A stretch of 64,000 nucleotides of DNA from Desulfobacterales bacterium (GTDB lineage: Bacteria; Desulfobacterota; Desulfobacteria; Desulfobacterales; UBA2174), in assembly GCA_963668645.2 (NCBI GenBank), contig CAXXWC010000019.1, positions 192,001-256,000 of the forward strand, in the 5' to 3' direction. A program made the position numbers and the translations under genes. Positions 8,987-20,400 of the stretch are shown here, in pieces (positions within the stretch are counted from its first letter, which is position 1; every line of letters begins with the position of its first letter). The notes under the pieces are model-generated. The model was not told the origin of the DNA, ran no database searches, and saw nothing but the letters and a program-made list of their open reading frames with translations.

Positions 8987-10966
8987 ATGGCCTCCAACGG
9001 GGAAAAAGATCCGGTCGACAATCTGATTGACAAACTGCGAACCTTCTTCGGGGTGGACAACCATTCGCGAAAAAAGATGTCGCTGCCATTTAAGAATAGT
9101 TCCAGAATCTGGTATCTCGTCATCGCTGTGATTGTATTCTCTTATCTGCAACCGTTGCTGTTTTCTTCAAAAACAGAGGCGATTTCCTATAGTCAATTCA
9201 AACAGTATGTCGACCAGAAAATTGCGGGCGAATTGATCATTGGCCCTGAAAGCATCAAAGGCACCCTGGCAGGATCACCCAAAAGAGCCTTTGTCACCGT
9301 TCGGGTGAATGATCCGGATCTGGTCAAGGAACTGGATGAACGCAAAATCAGCTATTCGGGACAGTATGAAAATAGATTTCTGAGCAGCCTCATATCCTGG
9401 ATTCTGCCCCTTGGCATCTTTTTTTTGATCTGGCGGTTTGCCATAAAAAAAATGGGAACGGGAATGGGGGTCATGTCTTTTTCCAAGAGCAAGGCCAAAA
9501 TTTTCGCACAAAGCGACACCAAGGTCTCTTTTGCCGATGTGGCCGGCATCGATGAGGCCCGGGAAGAACTTGAAGAAGTGGTCGAATTTCTCAGAACCCC
9601 GGAGAAATTTCAGAAACTGGGGGGCAGAATCCCCAAAGGGGTGCTGCTGGTCGGCCCGCCGGGAACCGGCAAAACCCTTCTGGCCCGGGCCGTGGCCGGG
9701 GAGGCCAAAGTGCCATTCTTTTCCATCAGCGGGTCCGAATTCGTGGAGATGTTCGTCGGCGTTGGCGCGGCCCGCGTTCGTGATCTGTTCTCGCAGGCCG
9801 CGGCCCAGGCACCTTGTATCATCTTCATCGATGAACTGGATGCCCTTGGCAAAGCCCGCGGGATGAATGTGATGGGCGGGCATGACGAACGCGAACAAAC
9901 GCTGAACCAGCTCCTGGTGGAGATGGACGGGTTCGAAACGAACAAAGGGGTCATCATCATGGCAGCCACCAACCGGCCGGAAATCCTCGATCCGGCTTTG
10001 CTGCGCCCCGGACGCCTGGACCGGCAGGTCCTGGTGGACCGTCCGGATATCAACGGGCGGGAGGCCATCTTGAAAATCCATTCCCGGAACGTTGAACTGG
10101 GACCCGACGTCGATCTACGCCAGATCGCCGGCCGCACCCCGGGCTTCGTGGGCGCGGACCTGGCCAACATCATCAATGAAGCGGCGCTGCTGGCGGCCCG
10201 CAACGATAAAGAAAAAGTTGAACCGATCGATTTCGACGAGGCCATCGACCGGGTGGTCGCGGGCCTTCAGAAAAAAAACCGGGTAATGAGTGCTCAGGAG
10301 AAGAAAATTGTCGCCTTTCATGAATCCGGGCACGCCATTGTGGCCGAATCTGTCGAGCATGCCGATCCGGTGCATAAAATATCGATCATTCCCCGCGGAA
10401 TTGCGGCGCTTGGATATACCCAACAGCAGCCAACGGAGGACCGCTATTTATTGACGCGCTCGGAGTTGATCGATCGCCTGGCCGTTCTTTTAGGTGGCCG
10501 GGTCGCCGAGGAGTTGGTGTTTAATGAAATCTCCACCGGGGCGCAGAACGACCTGCAACGGGCCTCCGACATTGCCCGGGCCATGGTGACGGAATACGGC
10601 ATGAGCGATCTTCTGGGTCTGGTGAGCTATGAACGTTCGCCTCAACCGATGTTTTTTCCGGGAAATTATTCTTCCCATGGTCAAAAATACAGCGAAGCCA
10701 AAGCCACACAAATTGACGCCGAAATCACACGATTCGTCGATGAAGCCCATCAGCGTGTGCGCAAAATCCTCTCGGAACGACGAACGGTCCTCGACGATCT
10801 GGCCAAGCTCCTTTCGGAAAAGGAAAGCGTGCAGGGAGAGGAGCTCAGAACGATGCTCTCGGCGGCCGGGCCATTGCCATCGTCTGTTGGGTTAACTCAA
10901 AGCAATACCGTAAAGGGAGGTATGGTTTTACACAATCAGAATTGGGAGAAGCCGCATGAAGCCTAA
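8987..10966 (+). CDS. ftsH: ATP-dependent zinc metalloprotease FtsH
   Basis: Two TMs, [27 protein letters not shown] zinc motif. True start may be a later ATG. Confidence 0.96.
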   Translation: MASNGEKDPVDNLIDKLRTFFGVDNHSRKKMSLPFKNSSRIWYLVIAVIVFSYLQPLLFSSKTEAISYSQFKQYVDQKIAGELIIGPESIKGTLAGSPKRAFVTVRVNDPDLVKELDERKISYSGQYENRFLSSLISWILPLGIFFLIWRFAIKKMGTGMGVMSFSKSKAKIFAQSDTKVSFADVAGIDEAREELEEVVEFLRTPEKFQKLGGRIPKGVLLVGPPGTGKTLLARAVAGEAKVPFFSISGSEFVEMFVGVGAARVRDLFSQAAAQAPCIIFIDELDALGKARGMNVMGGHDEREQTLNQLLVEMDGFETNKGVIIMAATNRPEILDPALLRPGRLDRQVLVDRPDINGREAILKIHSRNVELGPDVDLRQIAGRTPGFVGADLANIINEAALLAARNDKEKVEPIDFDEAIDRVVAGLQKKNRVMSAQEKKIVAFHESGHAIVAESVEHADPVHKISIIPRGIAALGYTQQQPTEDRYLLTRSELIDRLAVLLGGRVAEELVFNEISTGAQNDLQRASDIARAMVTEYGMSDLLGLVSYERSPQPMFFPGNYSSHGQKYSEAKATQIDAEITRFVDEAHQRVRKILSERRTVLDDLAKLLSEKESVQGEELRTMLSAAGPLPSSVGLTQSNTVKGGMVLHNQNWEKPHEA

Positions 10967-11174
10967 ACTCATTATTGGAGCCGCCCTGGCAGGATTGGTT
11001 CTGGTATTTACCATCCAGAATGTCACCGTCATGAATCTGAGGTTCTTATTCTGGACGCTGTCGATTCCCGGCGCATTGCTGATGCTATTGATTCTGTCAG
11101 TAGGCGTCATTCTGGGCTGGCTGCTCAATAGCGCCTTCGGCAGAAGACAAAGTGATAAATCCGGCTCAAGTTAA
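10956..11174 (+). CDS. LapA/DUF1049-family small membrane protein
   Basis: FTIQN...LRFLFW motif with two TMs. Confidence 0.75.
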   Translation: MKPKLIIGAALAGLVLVFTIQNVTVMNLRFLFWTLSIPGALLMLLILSVGVILGWLLNSAFGRRQSDKSGSS

Positions 11175-11199
11175 GTGAAGATATGCGATATTATTGATA

Positions 11200-12058
11200 G
11201 AAGCCATCTCAAAAAACCGGAGTAGGATTTTAGCACACCCAAGCAACAGCATGCCCAGGAAATTGTCCGAATGGTATTCCCATCGAACCGTCAACCGCCT
11301 GAAATTTTGAAGCCAGGCAAACAGACGCTCGACTTTCCATCGGCGCCGGTAGCGCCTGAGCTTCCGGCCGTCCTTGGTTTTCGGCTTGTGCCGGTTGCTA
11401 CGGTGCGGGGCGATCAGCTCAACGCCCCGTTCATGCATAAGCCGCTCATCGAGCCCGTCGCTGTCGTAGGCCTTGTCACCGATCAGCCTGTCCGGAGCAT
11501 GTTCGACAAAACCGCTGTCGATGGTCTGATCGACCAGCGTCACTTCGTGGGGAGAAGCACTTGCCACGTTTGCGGCGACAGGAATACCAGAAGCGTCCGC
11601 GATTGCCATGATGTTGGTGCCCTTGCCACGCTTTGTCTTGCCGACAGCAGGACCCCTTTTTTTGCCGGTACAAAGGTCCCGTCGATGAACGCTTCGCGGA
11701 TATCGATTCCGCCGCGCTCGTGTACAGGTCCTCTGCCATCTGCCGGACAATGCGCCGAAAGACACCTTGCCGGACCTATTGCTGGAAGCGCCGGTGGCAA
11801 GTCTGGTACGGTGGATATCGCTGAGGCAAATCCTTCCAGGGAGCCCCTGTTCTTAAAATCCACAGAATGCCGTCTAAAACCTCCCGTGGATCGCGGGCTG
11901 GGCGTCCCCTCGGGTCTCTCGGAGGCCTTGTTGACAGAATCATGGGCTCTAACCGCTTCCACTGTTCGTTTTTGCGTTCCATCCTGATTTTATTACATAA
12001 TCAGTACGTTATGTCTAGATTTTTTTGAGTATGGTCTGCATTTTTTTGAGATAGCTTA
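11200..12058 (-). mobile_element. Degenerate IS5-family (IS427-group) element
   Basis: IRs GAAGCCATCTCAAAAAA (11200) / TTTTTTGAGATAGCTTA (to 12058), TA duplication on both sides. Split transposase ([32 protein letters not shown]) with an A7G slippery site, a premature TAG at 11776 and an extra frameshift. Confidence 0.9.
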
Positions 12059-12192
12059 TAGAAAAGACCGTCGAGAATCGCGACATCGAAAGGGAAGTAA
12101 ACGTAGAAGAGGACAGGCAAGCTGCCTTCAGAGCATCACGGTGTCAAACGCAATAGGTAACCAATAACCGCCAACACCTTAAGGAGATAAAA

Positions 12193-12801
12193 ATGAAACG
12201 AATGGCTTTTCAAGCGGGCCTTGCCTCGGGATTGCTGGGCGTACTTATTTTTATGGCCGCACCAGCGACGGCACAAAAGCCCTCGTGGAACGGCCACGGC
12301 GATCAAGGCTGGGGTTCTCCAAAAGCGGACGGCCAGCAGTCGTCACAACGTGTGCAGTCGAAAGACCGTGGCAGGCAATCCCAGGGTCAGGGCGATCATT
12401 ATCTCAAAGGAGCCCAGGACCGGGATGCGCGCAATCGGCATGCGGACCAACACCAGCGTGCATCAAGGCGGGATGACCGCTATGACCGTCATTTCGCTAA
12501 TCACGACCGGTCGTCCATCGATCGCTACTATTCGGAACACTATCGCAAGGGCCGGTGCCCCCCGGGTCTGCGCAAAAAGGGTCACGACTGCTTGCCGCCG
12601 GGACAGGCCAGGCAATGGGTGCGGCATCAGCCCCTACCCCGGGATGTAATCTTCTATGACCTGCCCCAGGATGTCCTGGTGTACCTCGGCCCGCCGCCGC
12701 CCCACCACCGTTTCGTGCGCGTGGCCCAAGACATCCTGTTGATCACCGTGGGCACGGGAATCGTCATGGATGCCATCGAGGACCTGGGTCGGGGCCACTG
12801 A
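12193..12801 (+). CDS. Secreted RcnB-like protein (CPPGL..KG..C.PPG motif)
   Basis: Signal peptide, low-complexity linker, C-terminal LGPPPP..RFVRVAQDILLI domain; paralog at 59042. Confidence 0.75.
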   Translation: MKRMAFQAGLASGLLGVLIFMAAPATAQKPSWNGHGDQGWGSPKADGQQSSQRVQSKDRGRQSQGQGDHYLKGAQDRDARNRHADQHQRASRRDDRYDRHFANHDRSSIDRYYSEHYRKGRCPPGLRKKGHDCLPPGQARQWVRHQPLPRDVIFYDLPQDVLVYLGPPPPHHRFVRVAQDILLITVGTGIVMDAIEDLGRGH

Positions 12802-12870
12802 CACACCGCTAAGGTGTGTTGCCATGGAGATAAAACGGTCTGGCCGCAGAAGGCGGCAGAAAGGAGCATC

Positions 12871-13029
12871 ATGTCACTTGGCACCATACTGCTGATCATT
12901 TTGATACTGGCGCTTTTGGGCGTAATCCCCATCTGGCCCCACAGTCGTTCATGGGGGTATACGCCCAGCGGTGGCGTCGGGCTGATCTTGGTCATTATTG
13001 TAATCCTGCTTCTCATCGGTAGAATTTGA
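12871..13029 (+). CDS. DUF3309-family small membrane protein
   Basis: MSLGTILLIILIL...PIWPHSRSWGYTPSGG; AAGGAG RBS. Confidence 0.88.
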   Translation: MSLGTILLIILILALLGVIPIWPHSRSWGYTPSGGVGLILVIIVILLLIGRI

Positions 13030-13067
13030 CATCTGACATCAACCCCGCTCAAAAAGGAATAACGAAC

Positions 13068-13382
13068 ATGAGAAAGCAAATCAGAGTTACTGGCTTTTTG
13101 GTCACGCTTCTGTTCATCGCGATCTTGGTGGCCTGCGCATCCACAACCAAACAGGAAAGCACCGGACAATACGTAGACGATTCGGTCATTACCACCAAGG
13201 TGAAATCTCAACTCGCAGGAGATGATTTTCTCAAGTCGTTTCAGATCAGTGTCGAAACCTTCAAGGGTACCGTGCAACTAAGCGGCTTCGTCAATTCAGA
13301 AATGGCGTCCGATAAAGCGAGTCAAATCGCCTACGGCGTCGGTGGGGTCAGATCCGTCAAAAATGATCTGATTGTGAAGTAG
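13068..13382 (+). CDS. BON-domain (OsmY-like) lipoprotein
   Basis: LVAC lipobox, STGQYVDDSVITTKVK, GTVQLSGFV. Confidence 0.9.
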   Translation: MRKQIRVTGFLVTLLFIAILVACASTTKQESTGQYVDDSVITTKVKSQLAGDDFLKSFQISVETFKGTVQLSGFVNSEMASDKASQIAYGVGGVRSVKNDLIVK

Positions 13383-13484
13383 GTTTCCGAACCTACAGTA
13401 AGGGAGCGCCGTGTCAACAAGAAGTATCTATTTTATATTAATGTACTGACACTTATACTTGAATTAATTGCGCAAGGGGGAAAA

Positions 13485-14417
13485 ATGAAAAAAATTATCG
13501 TTTCATTGGCGTGTATGGCATTTTGCTTGGCAATAAGTTTGCCTTCCTGGTCTGTTGAATTATCCGCAGACACTGTGCAGGCCAATAAGGTGCCGGCAAG
13601 TTATGCAACCGTAAAGGGGGGAAACGTCGTTTTCGGACAATCGGTAACAGCGTACAGCCCCGAACCGTTGGACATGGTCCTCACCGCTTATGGCGGCACC
13701 TTGTCGCCGGATGCCAAGGTCCCGGCAAGTTATGCAACCGTAAAAGGGGGAAACGTTGTTTTCGGGAAAACGACGACTATATACAGTCCGGATTTGACGC
13801 ATGAAATCCTGAGCGCCTACGGATTTACAACCACACCTGAGGCGATGGCAGAACTTAAAGATCCGTCCAGTTATGCAACCGTAAAAGGGACGAAAATCGT
13901 TTTCGGAGAATCGGCAACGGCATACAGCCCGGAAGAATTCAACATGCTGATGGCCGCTTATCAGCTACCTGCCGAGCCGGTGGCTGCCCCAGAGCCGGTT
14001 GTCGTCCCGGCGCCTACAAAGCCCGTGGTTTTAGCCCCTGCGGCTCAGCCGGAACTCGTTTTTCTCGCTTTGGAGAACATTTATTTCAATTTCAACAAAT
14101 CTACTCTTACACCGGAAGCGAAGGCGAACCTGAAAAGAAATTTTCAGATTCTGACCAAAAACCCTAAAGCCAGAATCCGTATTGCCGGTTATGCTTCCGC
14201 CTCCGGCTCAGATGCCTACAACCAAAAGCTGAGTGAAAGAAGGGCCGAAAACGTCAAGGAATACCTCGTTAACGAAGGGATTATTTCACGGGACAGGCTT
14301 GTCACGATCGGCTATGGCGAGACAAACGCGGCGATGTATGAAGCCACACCCAAAAAGGTTAACTCAGAGGCAGCCAAGGCAAACAGGAGGGTCGTTTTTG
14401 AAATCCTCGATAAATAG
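13485..14417 (+). CDS. OmpA-like peptidoglycan-binding protein with three N-terminal repeats
   Basis: IYFNFNKS, YNQKLSERRA, NRRV; Pro/Ala linker; three SYATVKG..VFG repeats. Confidence 0.88.
   Translation: MKKIIVSLACMAFCLAISLPSWSVELSADTVQANKVPASYATVKGGNVVFGQSVTAYSPEPLDMVLTAYGGTLSPDAKVPASYATVKGGNVVFGKTTTIYSPDLTHEILSAYGFTTTPEAMAELKDPSSYATVKGTKIVFGESATAYSPEEFNMLMAAYQLPAEPVAAPEPVVVPAPTKPVVLAPAAQPELVFLALENIYFNFNKSTLTPEAKANLKRNFQILTKNPKARIRIAGYASASGSDAYNQKLSERRAENVKEYLVNEGIISRDRLVTIGYGETNAAMYEATPKKVNSEAAKANRRVVFEILDK
13587..13960 (+). repeat. Three intragenic 43-47 codon repeats
   Basis: AGTTATGCAACCGTAAA at 13599, 13728 and 13869. Confidence 0.9.
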
Positions 14418-14533
14418 ACACTACAGGTCGCGGCCCATCCTAGTCGGTGACGGGAATAAGACCGGATAGGTCATACTTTAAAATCGGCTTCAATGCGGAA
14501 GGCTGCATTGAAGCCGATCAAGCGATCGGCAAT

Positions 14534-14911
14534 ATGAAAAAGATTTTGATTTCAACGATTGTCATGGTGTTTTTACTGATGGCCTGTACGGTGATGGCGA
14601 TGGGACGACGCGGCCCAGGTGTGGACGTAGTCTTGACCATCCCCGTTTTACCGTCCATCGTGGTGATGGAGCAGGAACCCTACTATTACCATCAGGGCTA
14701 TCACTATCATTACACAAACGACCGGTGGTACTACTCGAGGTCAAAAGGCGGACCCTGGACCGACTTGCCAAGAAACCACTGGGCCAAAGAGGTCAAATAC
14801 AAAAAAGATCACTGGAAATATGACGACGGTCGAAAGCAATATCACCGGGACGATAACCGTGGCCACGACCAGCGGAAAGACGACCGAGGCCGCGATCAGC
14901 GACGCCAATGA
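14534..14911 (+). CDS. Secreted hypothetical protein, Tyr/His-rich core and charged tail
   Basis: Signal-like N-terminus, PYYYHQGYHYHY..WYY..GPW. Confidence 0.65.
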   Translation: MKKILISTIVMVFLLMACTVMAMGRRGPGVDVVLTIPVLPSIVVMEQEPYYYHQGYHYHYTNDRWYYSRSKGGPWTDLPRNHWAKEVKYKKDHWKYDDGRKQYHRDDNRGHDQRKDDRGRDQRRQ

Positions 14912-15152
14912 TATTGCCTTGTTTGAAGTGACATCCACTGATGGATTCTCCCCAAAAGCCCATCAGCGGAAAGTGCCAAGAACGCTTTTCACGACGCGGC
15001 CTCACGGTTCACTTAACTTCTATGTCGGAGGGCACGGAAGGTCATGGCTGAAAAACCAAAACGTTTCCGGGAATAGGCGCTACGGGTTGCGGCCGATCTC
15101 CCTGGCGGTTGCTCGCAATCCGTTCGCATTTTCCTGAATAAAGGAGAAATAA

Positions 15153-15614
15153 ATGACATACGCTATCAATACCGTTGAAAACCAGGCACCAGTCTTGGCC
15201 GCGGGTGGCAGGCTGCCCCATCATCCTCTGCGCTGCCTGGTGGTCGATGATAACCCGACTATTCTCAAATGCATGGCCGATTTGCTCTCTGAACTCGGAT
15301 TCCAGGAGGTGGATACCGCCCAAAAGAAACCGGAATTGATGAACAAGTTAAACACCGGCCCCTACGATCTATTGGTTACAGACCTGGAGATGCCGGACAT
15401 GAATGGGTTCAATCTCTCCAATATGATAAAAAACTGGGTGCCTGAAACCAAAGTAATCCTTATGACCGGTCGTCATAAGGACGAATGCCTTGCAATGATG
15501 GACGTGCGGGAGGCGAACGGATGGCTTTTCAAGCCATTTGGATTGAACGAACTGCACTATGAACTGGTAGGATTGGGATTGTCCGAACAGTTAGAGTCCA
15601 TTCACATGTTGTAA
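15153..15614 (+). CDS. Stand-alone response regulator receiver protein
   Basis: LVVDD, LLVTDLEMP, MTG, FKPF; paralog at 36176. Confidence 0.9.
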   Translation: MTYAINTVENQAPVLAAGGRLPHHPLRCLVVDDNPTILKCMADLLSELGFQEVDTAQKKPELMNKLNTGPYDLLVTDLEMPDMNGFNLSNMIKNWVPETKVILMTGRHKDECLAMMDVREANGWLFKPFGLNELHYELVGLGLSEQLESIHML

Positions 15615-15691
15615 GTCGATTGGGTGGGCGCCAAGCACTTTGGGGGCACGTCAGATCTGCTTTCTACCCATTCCGGCCCAAGCTCAACCGT

Positions 15692-15724
15692 TGGTCGCAT
15701 ATGATCAATGGTCATATATGACCA
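15692..15724. promoter_or_regulatory. Tandem palindromic boxes, putative enhancer
   Basis: TGGTCGCATATGATCA 15692-15707 and perfect TGGTCATATATGACCA 15709-15724. Confidence 0.75.
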
Positions 15725-15823
15725 CTTCCATTGACCGCGTTCGCTGTGCCTCTCAATGCCCGTTCCATCACATCTCTTCATTAATACAGCCGAATTTTAC
15801 TAAAACGGCAGACACTCGATTTC

Positions 15824-15838
15824 AGGCACGATTTTTGA
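15824..15838 (+). promoter_or_regulatory. Sigma54-like promoter (GG-N10-GA variant)
   Basis: AGGCACGATTTTTGA, 101 bp downstream of the box pair. Confidence 0.55.
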
Positions 15839-15928
15839 GAAGATAGACCAATAGGAAGGTGGATCGGCGAGCAAGAACGGAACCAAGAGGGTCGAACAAG
15901 GGCAGGAATACATCGGAAAGGAAACATC

Positions 15929-16207
15929 GTGTCAACGAGATTGGAATCAAAGGATATCGAGCAATTACTGGCACAGGCCGATGAACTCATCCAACGGATA
16001 AATTCGGATTCCCACAAGGAGATGAAAGAAGAGCATCTTCTGCAATTTAAGATGCACGCTCAAAAATTGAAAAAACTAAAATCCGAGGTCCAAGGCCGTA
16101 TTGAAACAAAAGAAACATCGAAAACGGACTACGGCGCGGAAGGTTTCCATGAAGCGATTGTTGATATTGTTGCGGCCATGCAGGATTTGACAAAATTCCT
16201 GACCTGA
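15929..16207 (+). CDS. Small helical hypothetical protein
   Basis: AAGGA RBS, GTG start, first gene after the sigma54-like promoter. Confidence 0.7.
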   Translation: MSTRLESKDIEQLLAQADELIQRINSDSHKEMKEEHLLQFKMHAQKLKKLKSEVQGRIETKETSKTDYGAEGFHEAIVDIVAAMQDLTKFLT

Positions 16208-16242
16208 TTCCGATCGAAACGCTATTGGATGAAAGAGTAATT

Positions 16243-16430
16243 ATGAAAGATCCCAATACCGAAAACCAGGTTCACCTCGTCAACGCCGAACTGGGCAGGC
16301 GTGTTGCCTTGATAGCGGGCAACTTGCTGGAGAAGACCAGCGTCGTGGAGGCGCTGCAAGATTCCGAAAAGCGCTACCGGCGGCTCTTTGAATCGGCCAA
16401 GGACGGTATCTTGATTCTGGATGCGGGACC
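16243..16430 (+). pseudogene. Truncated PAS-domain signalling gene fragment
   Basis: ALQDSEKRYRRLFESAKDGILILDA PAS entry motif, then similarity is lost. Confidence 0.6.
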
Positions 16431-16489
16431 TGTTTTGCAGAAAAAAGACGAGCATAACCATTTCCTGCCTTGCCGGGCGAGCCAAGTGT

Positions 16490-16792
16490 CTAAAAAAGGG
16501 AATCGGCTATGTTGTCCTTCTGGTGCTCATCGCCAGCTTTGTGGCCAGTGCAGGGACATCCAGAAAGGAAAGCACCGGGTGAATTTGTTGACGATACGGT
16601 CATTGCGACCAAGGTAAAATCCGTGCTTGCAAAAGATGATTTTCTAAAGTCATTCCAGATCGGCATGACGACCTTCAAAGGCATCGTTCAACCGAACTGC
16701 TTTGTTGGCTCTCAAACTGCTGTCAACAAAGCGGGTGCGCACATAGCGTCAAAGGGGTTGTATCCGTTAAGAATAATATGCTGGTGAAATAG
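16490..16792 (+). pseudogene. Frameshifted BON-domain gene, paralog of 13068
   Basis: KESTG|EFVDDTVIATKVK...DDFLKSFQI...|GVVSVKNNMLVK* split over frames. Confidence 0.75.
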
Positions 16793-16904
16793 GCAGGTGC
16801 TATTGCTCATCATAGATTCTGATCGCCGGTGTTGTTTCTTGAAAAAGAGACCGAACCATAAGGCAAATGTTTATTAACAACATGGAATAGAGGGAAAATT
16901 CATC

Positions 16905-17231
16905 ATGAAAAGTTTAGAAAATAAGGGCGAACATAAAATTGATGATCAAAAGGACAAGTATGTTGAGAAACGGAAGGCCCAGATTGACAAATGGAACGAT
17001 GATATTGAAGACCTGAATACCAAGATCACGTTGGCCGAAGCGGATGCCGAGGCCAAACTTGGGCACAAAGTGCATGTTGCCACTCTCAGACAACAACGTG
17101 ATGAGGCCAGGGCCAAGCTGACAGAGATTGAGGAAGCAGACGATGATCGATGGGAAGATCTCAAGGAGGGTCTGGAAAACATTTGGACAAATATCAGGTA
17201 CGGTTTCGAAAAAGTAAAAGCGAAGTTTTGA
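16905..17231 (+). CDS. Coiled-coil stress-type hypothetical protein
   Basis: KDKYVEKRKAQIDKW...WEDLKEGLENIW; GAGGG RBS. Confidence 0.75.
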   Translation: MKSLENKGEHKIDDQKDKYVEKRKAQIDKWNDDIEDLNTKITLAEADAEAKLGHKVHVATLRQQRDEARAKLTEIEEADDDRWEDLKEGLENIWTNIRYGFEKVKAKF

Positions 17232-17490
17232 GTGACGGGCTCTTCACGTTGCCGTGACCGACACATTGGAATTTTTTATCAGAACCCTAGTCGCCGCCAA
17301 GCAAACGGATTCAGACAAACAGATTTTCACCGGCGAGCAGATGAGCCAGGGAAGCGGCCCCTCTGCCCGCCGTATAAGGGCATCGCCACTCAAAAGAGCT
17401 GGTTTCCATGAAAAGAGGTTTTGACATCATCAACGAGCCTTTTGTCGACGTAATCATAGCCGTTCTCGGTAAACTAGGAAAATATTCATC

Positions 17491-20400
17491 GTGAGGCTAA
17501 TCCCCAAGAAAATTTTTCGTACCCTGTTTAATTTTAGAGCGCATCTCGGCAAGACCGGTCAGACACAAATATCAGCCGGCAATGAGCCGCCTCTGCGCGA
17601 GGAACTGTTCAGTAACGATCAGATGAAGGTGCACGGCAGGGTGCTGGCAGAATCGCACAAGCTGAGTTCGGCACGTGCTTCAGCACGACTTCTGACGCGC
17701 CTGGCGGAGAATGAAGCGATCTTGATCGGCGCCCGGAATCTGCTGACTGAGGCGGTCCTGGCCAATCTCAGGATCGCCCCGGCCGGCGAATGGCTGCTCG
17801 ACAACTTCTATTTGATCGAGGAGCAGATACGAACGGCCAGGCGGCATTTGCCCAAGGGGTACAGCCGGGAACTGCCGCGTCTGCTGAATGCCCCCCTGGC
17901 CGGGCTTCCCCGAGTGTACGACATCGCCCTGGAGATTATCGCGCACGGAGATGGACGGGTGGATCCGGAAAATCTGAGCAGTTTCGTGGCGGCCTATCAG
18001 TCGGTGACCATCCTAAAGATCGGTGAATTGTGGGCCATCCCCATCATGCTGCGCCTATCGCTGATAGAGAATCTGCGCCGGGTCGCCGCCCGGATCACCG
18101 CGGGCAGGATCGAGCGCAACCGGGCCAAGCACTGGGCCGATCTGATGACTGAGATCACCGCGCGGGACCCCAAGAGCCTGATTCTGGCTGTCGCCGACAT
18201 GGCACGCGCGAAGCCCCTGATGGTGAGCGCGTTTGTTGCCGAGCTGACGCGCTGCCTGCAAAGCCAAGGCTCCGCTCTATCCCTGCCGCTCAACTGGATT
18301 GAACAGCGACTGTCCGAGTCCGGCCAGACCATCGAACAACTGGTGCACATGGAGACCCAACAACAAGCGGCGGATCAGGTTTCCATGAGCAACAGCATCG
18401 GCAGCCTGCGTTTCCTGGGTGCGATGGAGTGGCGCGAGTTCGTCGAAACGATGAGCATTGTCGAGCAGACCCTGCGTGAAGATCCTGGAGACGTATACGG
18501 CAAGATGGATTTTTCCACCCGTGATCGCTACCGTCACGTCGTGGAGAGGATTGCCAAACGCAGCCCGCACTCGGAAAACGAGGTAGCACGCCAGGCGATC
18601 CATCTGGCGCAAGCGTGCGCAGTCAGGAAAGGCGGCCAAGACCGTGCGGCGCATGTCGGGTTCTACTTGATCGACGAGGGACTGACCCGGCTTGAACGCA
18701 TGGCGCAGGTGCGCTTGTCGTCCGTTGAAATTCTGCGCAAAATCGGTCGCCGGTTTTCCTTGCTGTTCTATGGCGGCACCATTCTGCTGCTGACGGCAAT
18801 TTTCTCCGGCTTTTTCGCGACCAGGGGGTATACCGCCGGATTGCCGGTTTGGGCGCTGGGCTTGTTCGGATTGCTCTGGCTTGTGTGCACCAGTCATCTG
18901 GCGGTGGCCCTGGTGAACTGGCTGGCAGCGGCACTGGCGACGCCGCTTCCGCTGCCGCGCATGGATTTTTCCCATGGAATTCCCTCGCAATTGCGCACGT
19001 TGGTGGTGGTCCCGGCGATGCTCACGAGCACTCAAAACATCGAGGAACTGATCGAGGCGCTGGAAGTCCGCTTCCTGGCCAATCGGGATGACCACCTCCA
19101 CTTCGGTCTGCTGACCGACTTTCGTGATGCCGCAGCAGAAACACTACCGGAAGACGAATCGCTGTTGTGGTTGGCCCGTCACCGAATCGAGGATTTGAAT
19201 CGCAAATACCGGCGTTTGGAAGTTGACCGCTTCTTCCTGTTTCATCGCCCGCGTCGATGGAACCCGCGCGACAGGATCTGGATGGGCTACGAGCGCAAGC
19301 GCGGCAAACTCACGGATTTAAATACGCTTCTGCGCGGTGAGGCCCACGGCACCGCGATGGATCGCTTCGCGCTCGTGGTTGGGGAAACCAGGGTCTTATC
19401 GAACGTCAAGTATGTGATCACCCTGGATACCGACACCCAACTGGCTCGCGATTCAGCATGGCAGTTTGTGGGGGCCATGGCGCACCCACTCAATCGTGCG
19501 CGTTACGACCAGACGAAACAACGCGTTGTTGCAGGATACGGCATCCTCCAGCCACGGGTGGCAGTGAGCCTTTCCGGCAAAAACCGGTCACGGTATGCGC
19601 ACATGTGCGCCAGTGAGCCCGGCATCGATCCCTATACCCGCGCTGTTTCCGATGTTTACCAGGACCTGTTCGGTGAAGGCTCATTCATCGGCAAGGGCAT
19701 TTATGAGGTGGATGCCTTCGAACAGGCCTTGGCGGGGCGTTTCCCGGACAACCGGATACTCAGCCACGATCTTCTGGAAGGCTGTTATGCCCGGGCCGGA
19801 TTGCTCAGCGATGTCCAGTTGTACGAGGAATATCCATCCAGCTACAGGTCGGATGTGAGCCGCCGGCATCGTTGGATTCGCGGCGATTGGCAGATTGCAC
19901 GCTGGCTGTTGCCAGATATTCCTGTCCCTGATAGGCGACGGCGAAAAAATTCGCTCTCAATGCTATCCCGCTGGAAGATCTTCGACAACCTGCGACGCAG
20001 TCTGGTGGCCGCGGCATTGACCCTCCTGCTGTTGTCGGGCTGGATTTTTTTCCCATCGCCGTGCTTCTGGACCTTGGCGGTGATCGGCATCATCTTGGTT
20101 CCTGCTTTATTCGCCTCGACCCTGAAGATGATACAGAAGTCCAACGATGTGACTCTGGGACAGCACTTCGCTGCCGAAGCGCACACAGCCCTCCGGAACC
20201 TTGGTCAAGCTCTATTCACGCTCGTATGTCTTCCATATGAAGGGTTTTTCAGCCTGGATGCCATGGCGCGTGCCGGTTGGCGGATGCTGATTTCACACAA
20301 ACGGCTGCTCCAATGGGATCTGTCGGACGACTCGGACCGCAAGAACGGCACGGGCTTGGCCGACTCCTGGCGAACCATGTGGTTTGCCCCCGCTCTGGCT

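Noticed and set aside
11776..11778. In-frame TAG as pyrrolysine or readthrough
   Set aside because: Lies at a likely Trp position in a transposase with another lesion; no pyl genes seen.
13587..13960. Regularly spaced repeats as a CRISPR array
   Set aside because: In-frame coding repeats with homologous intervening sequence.
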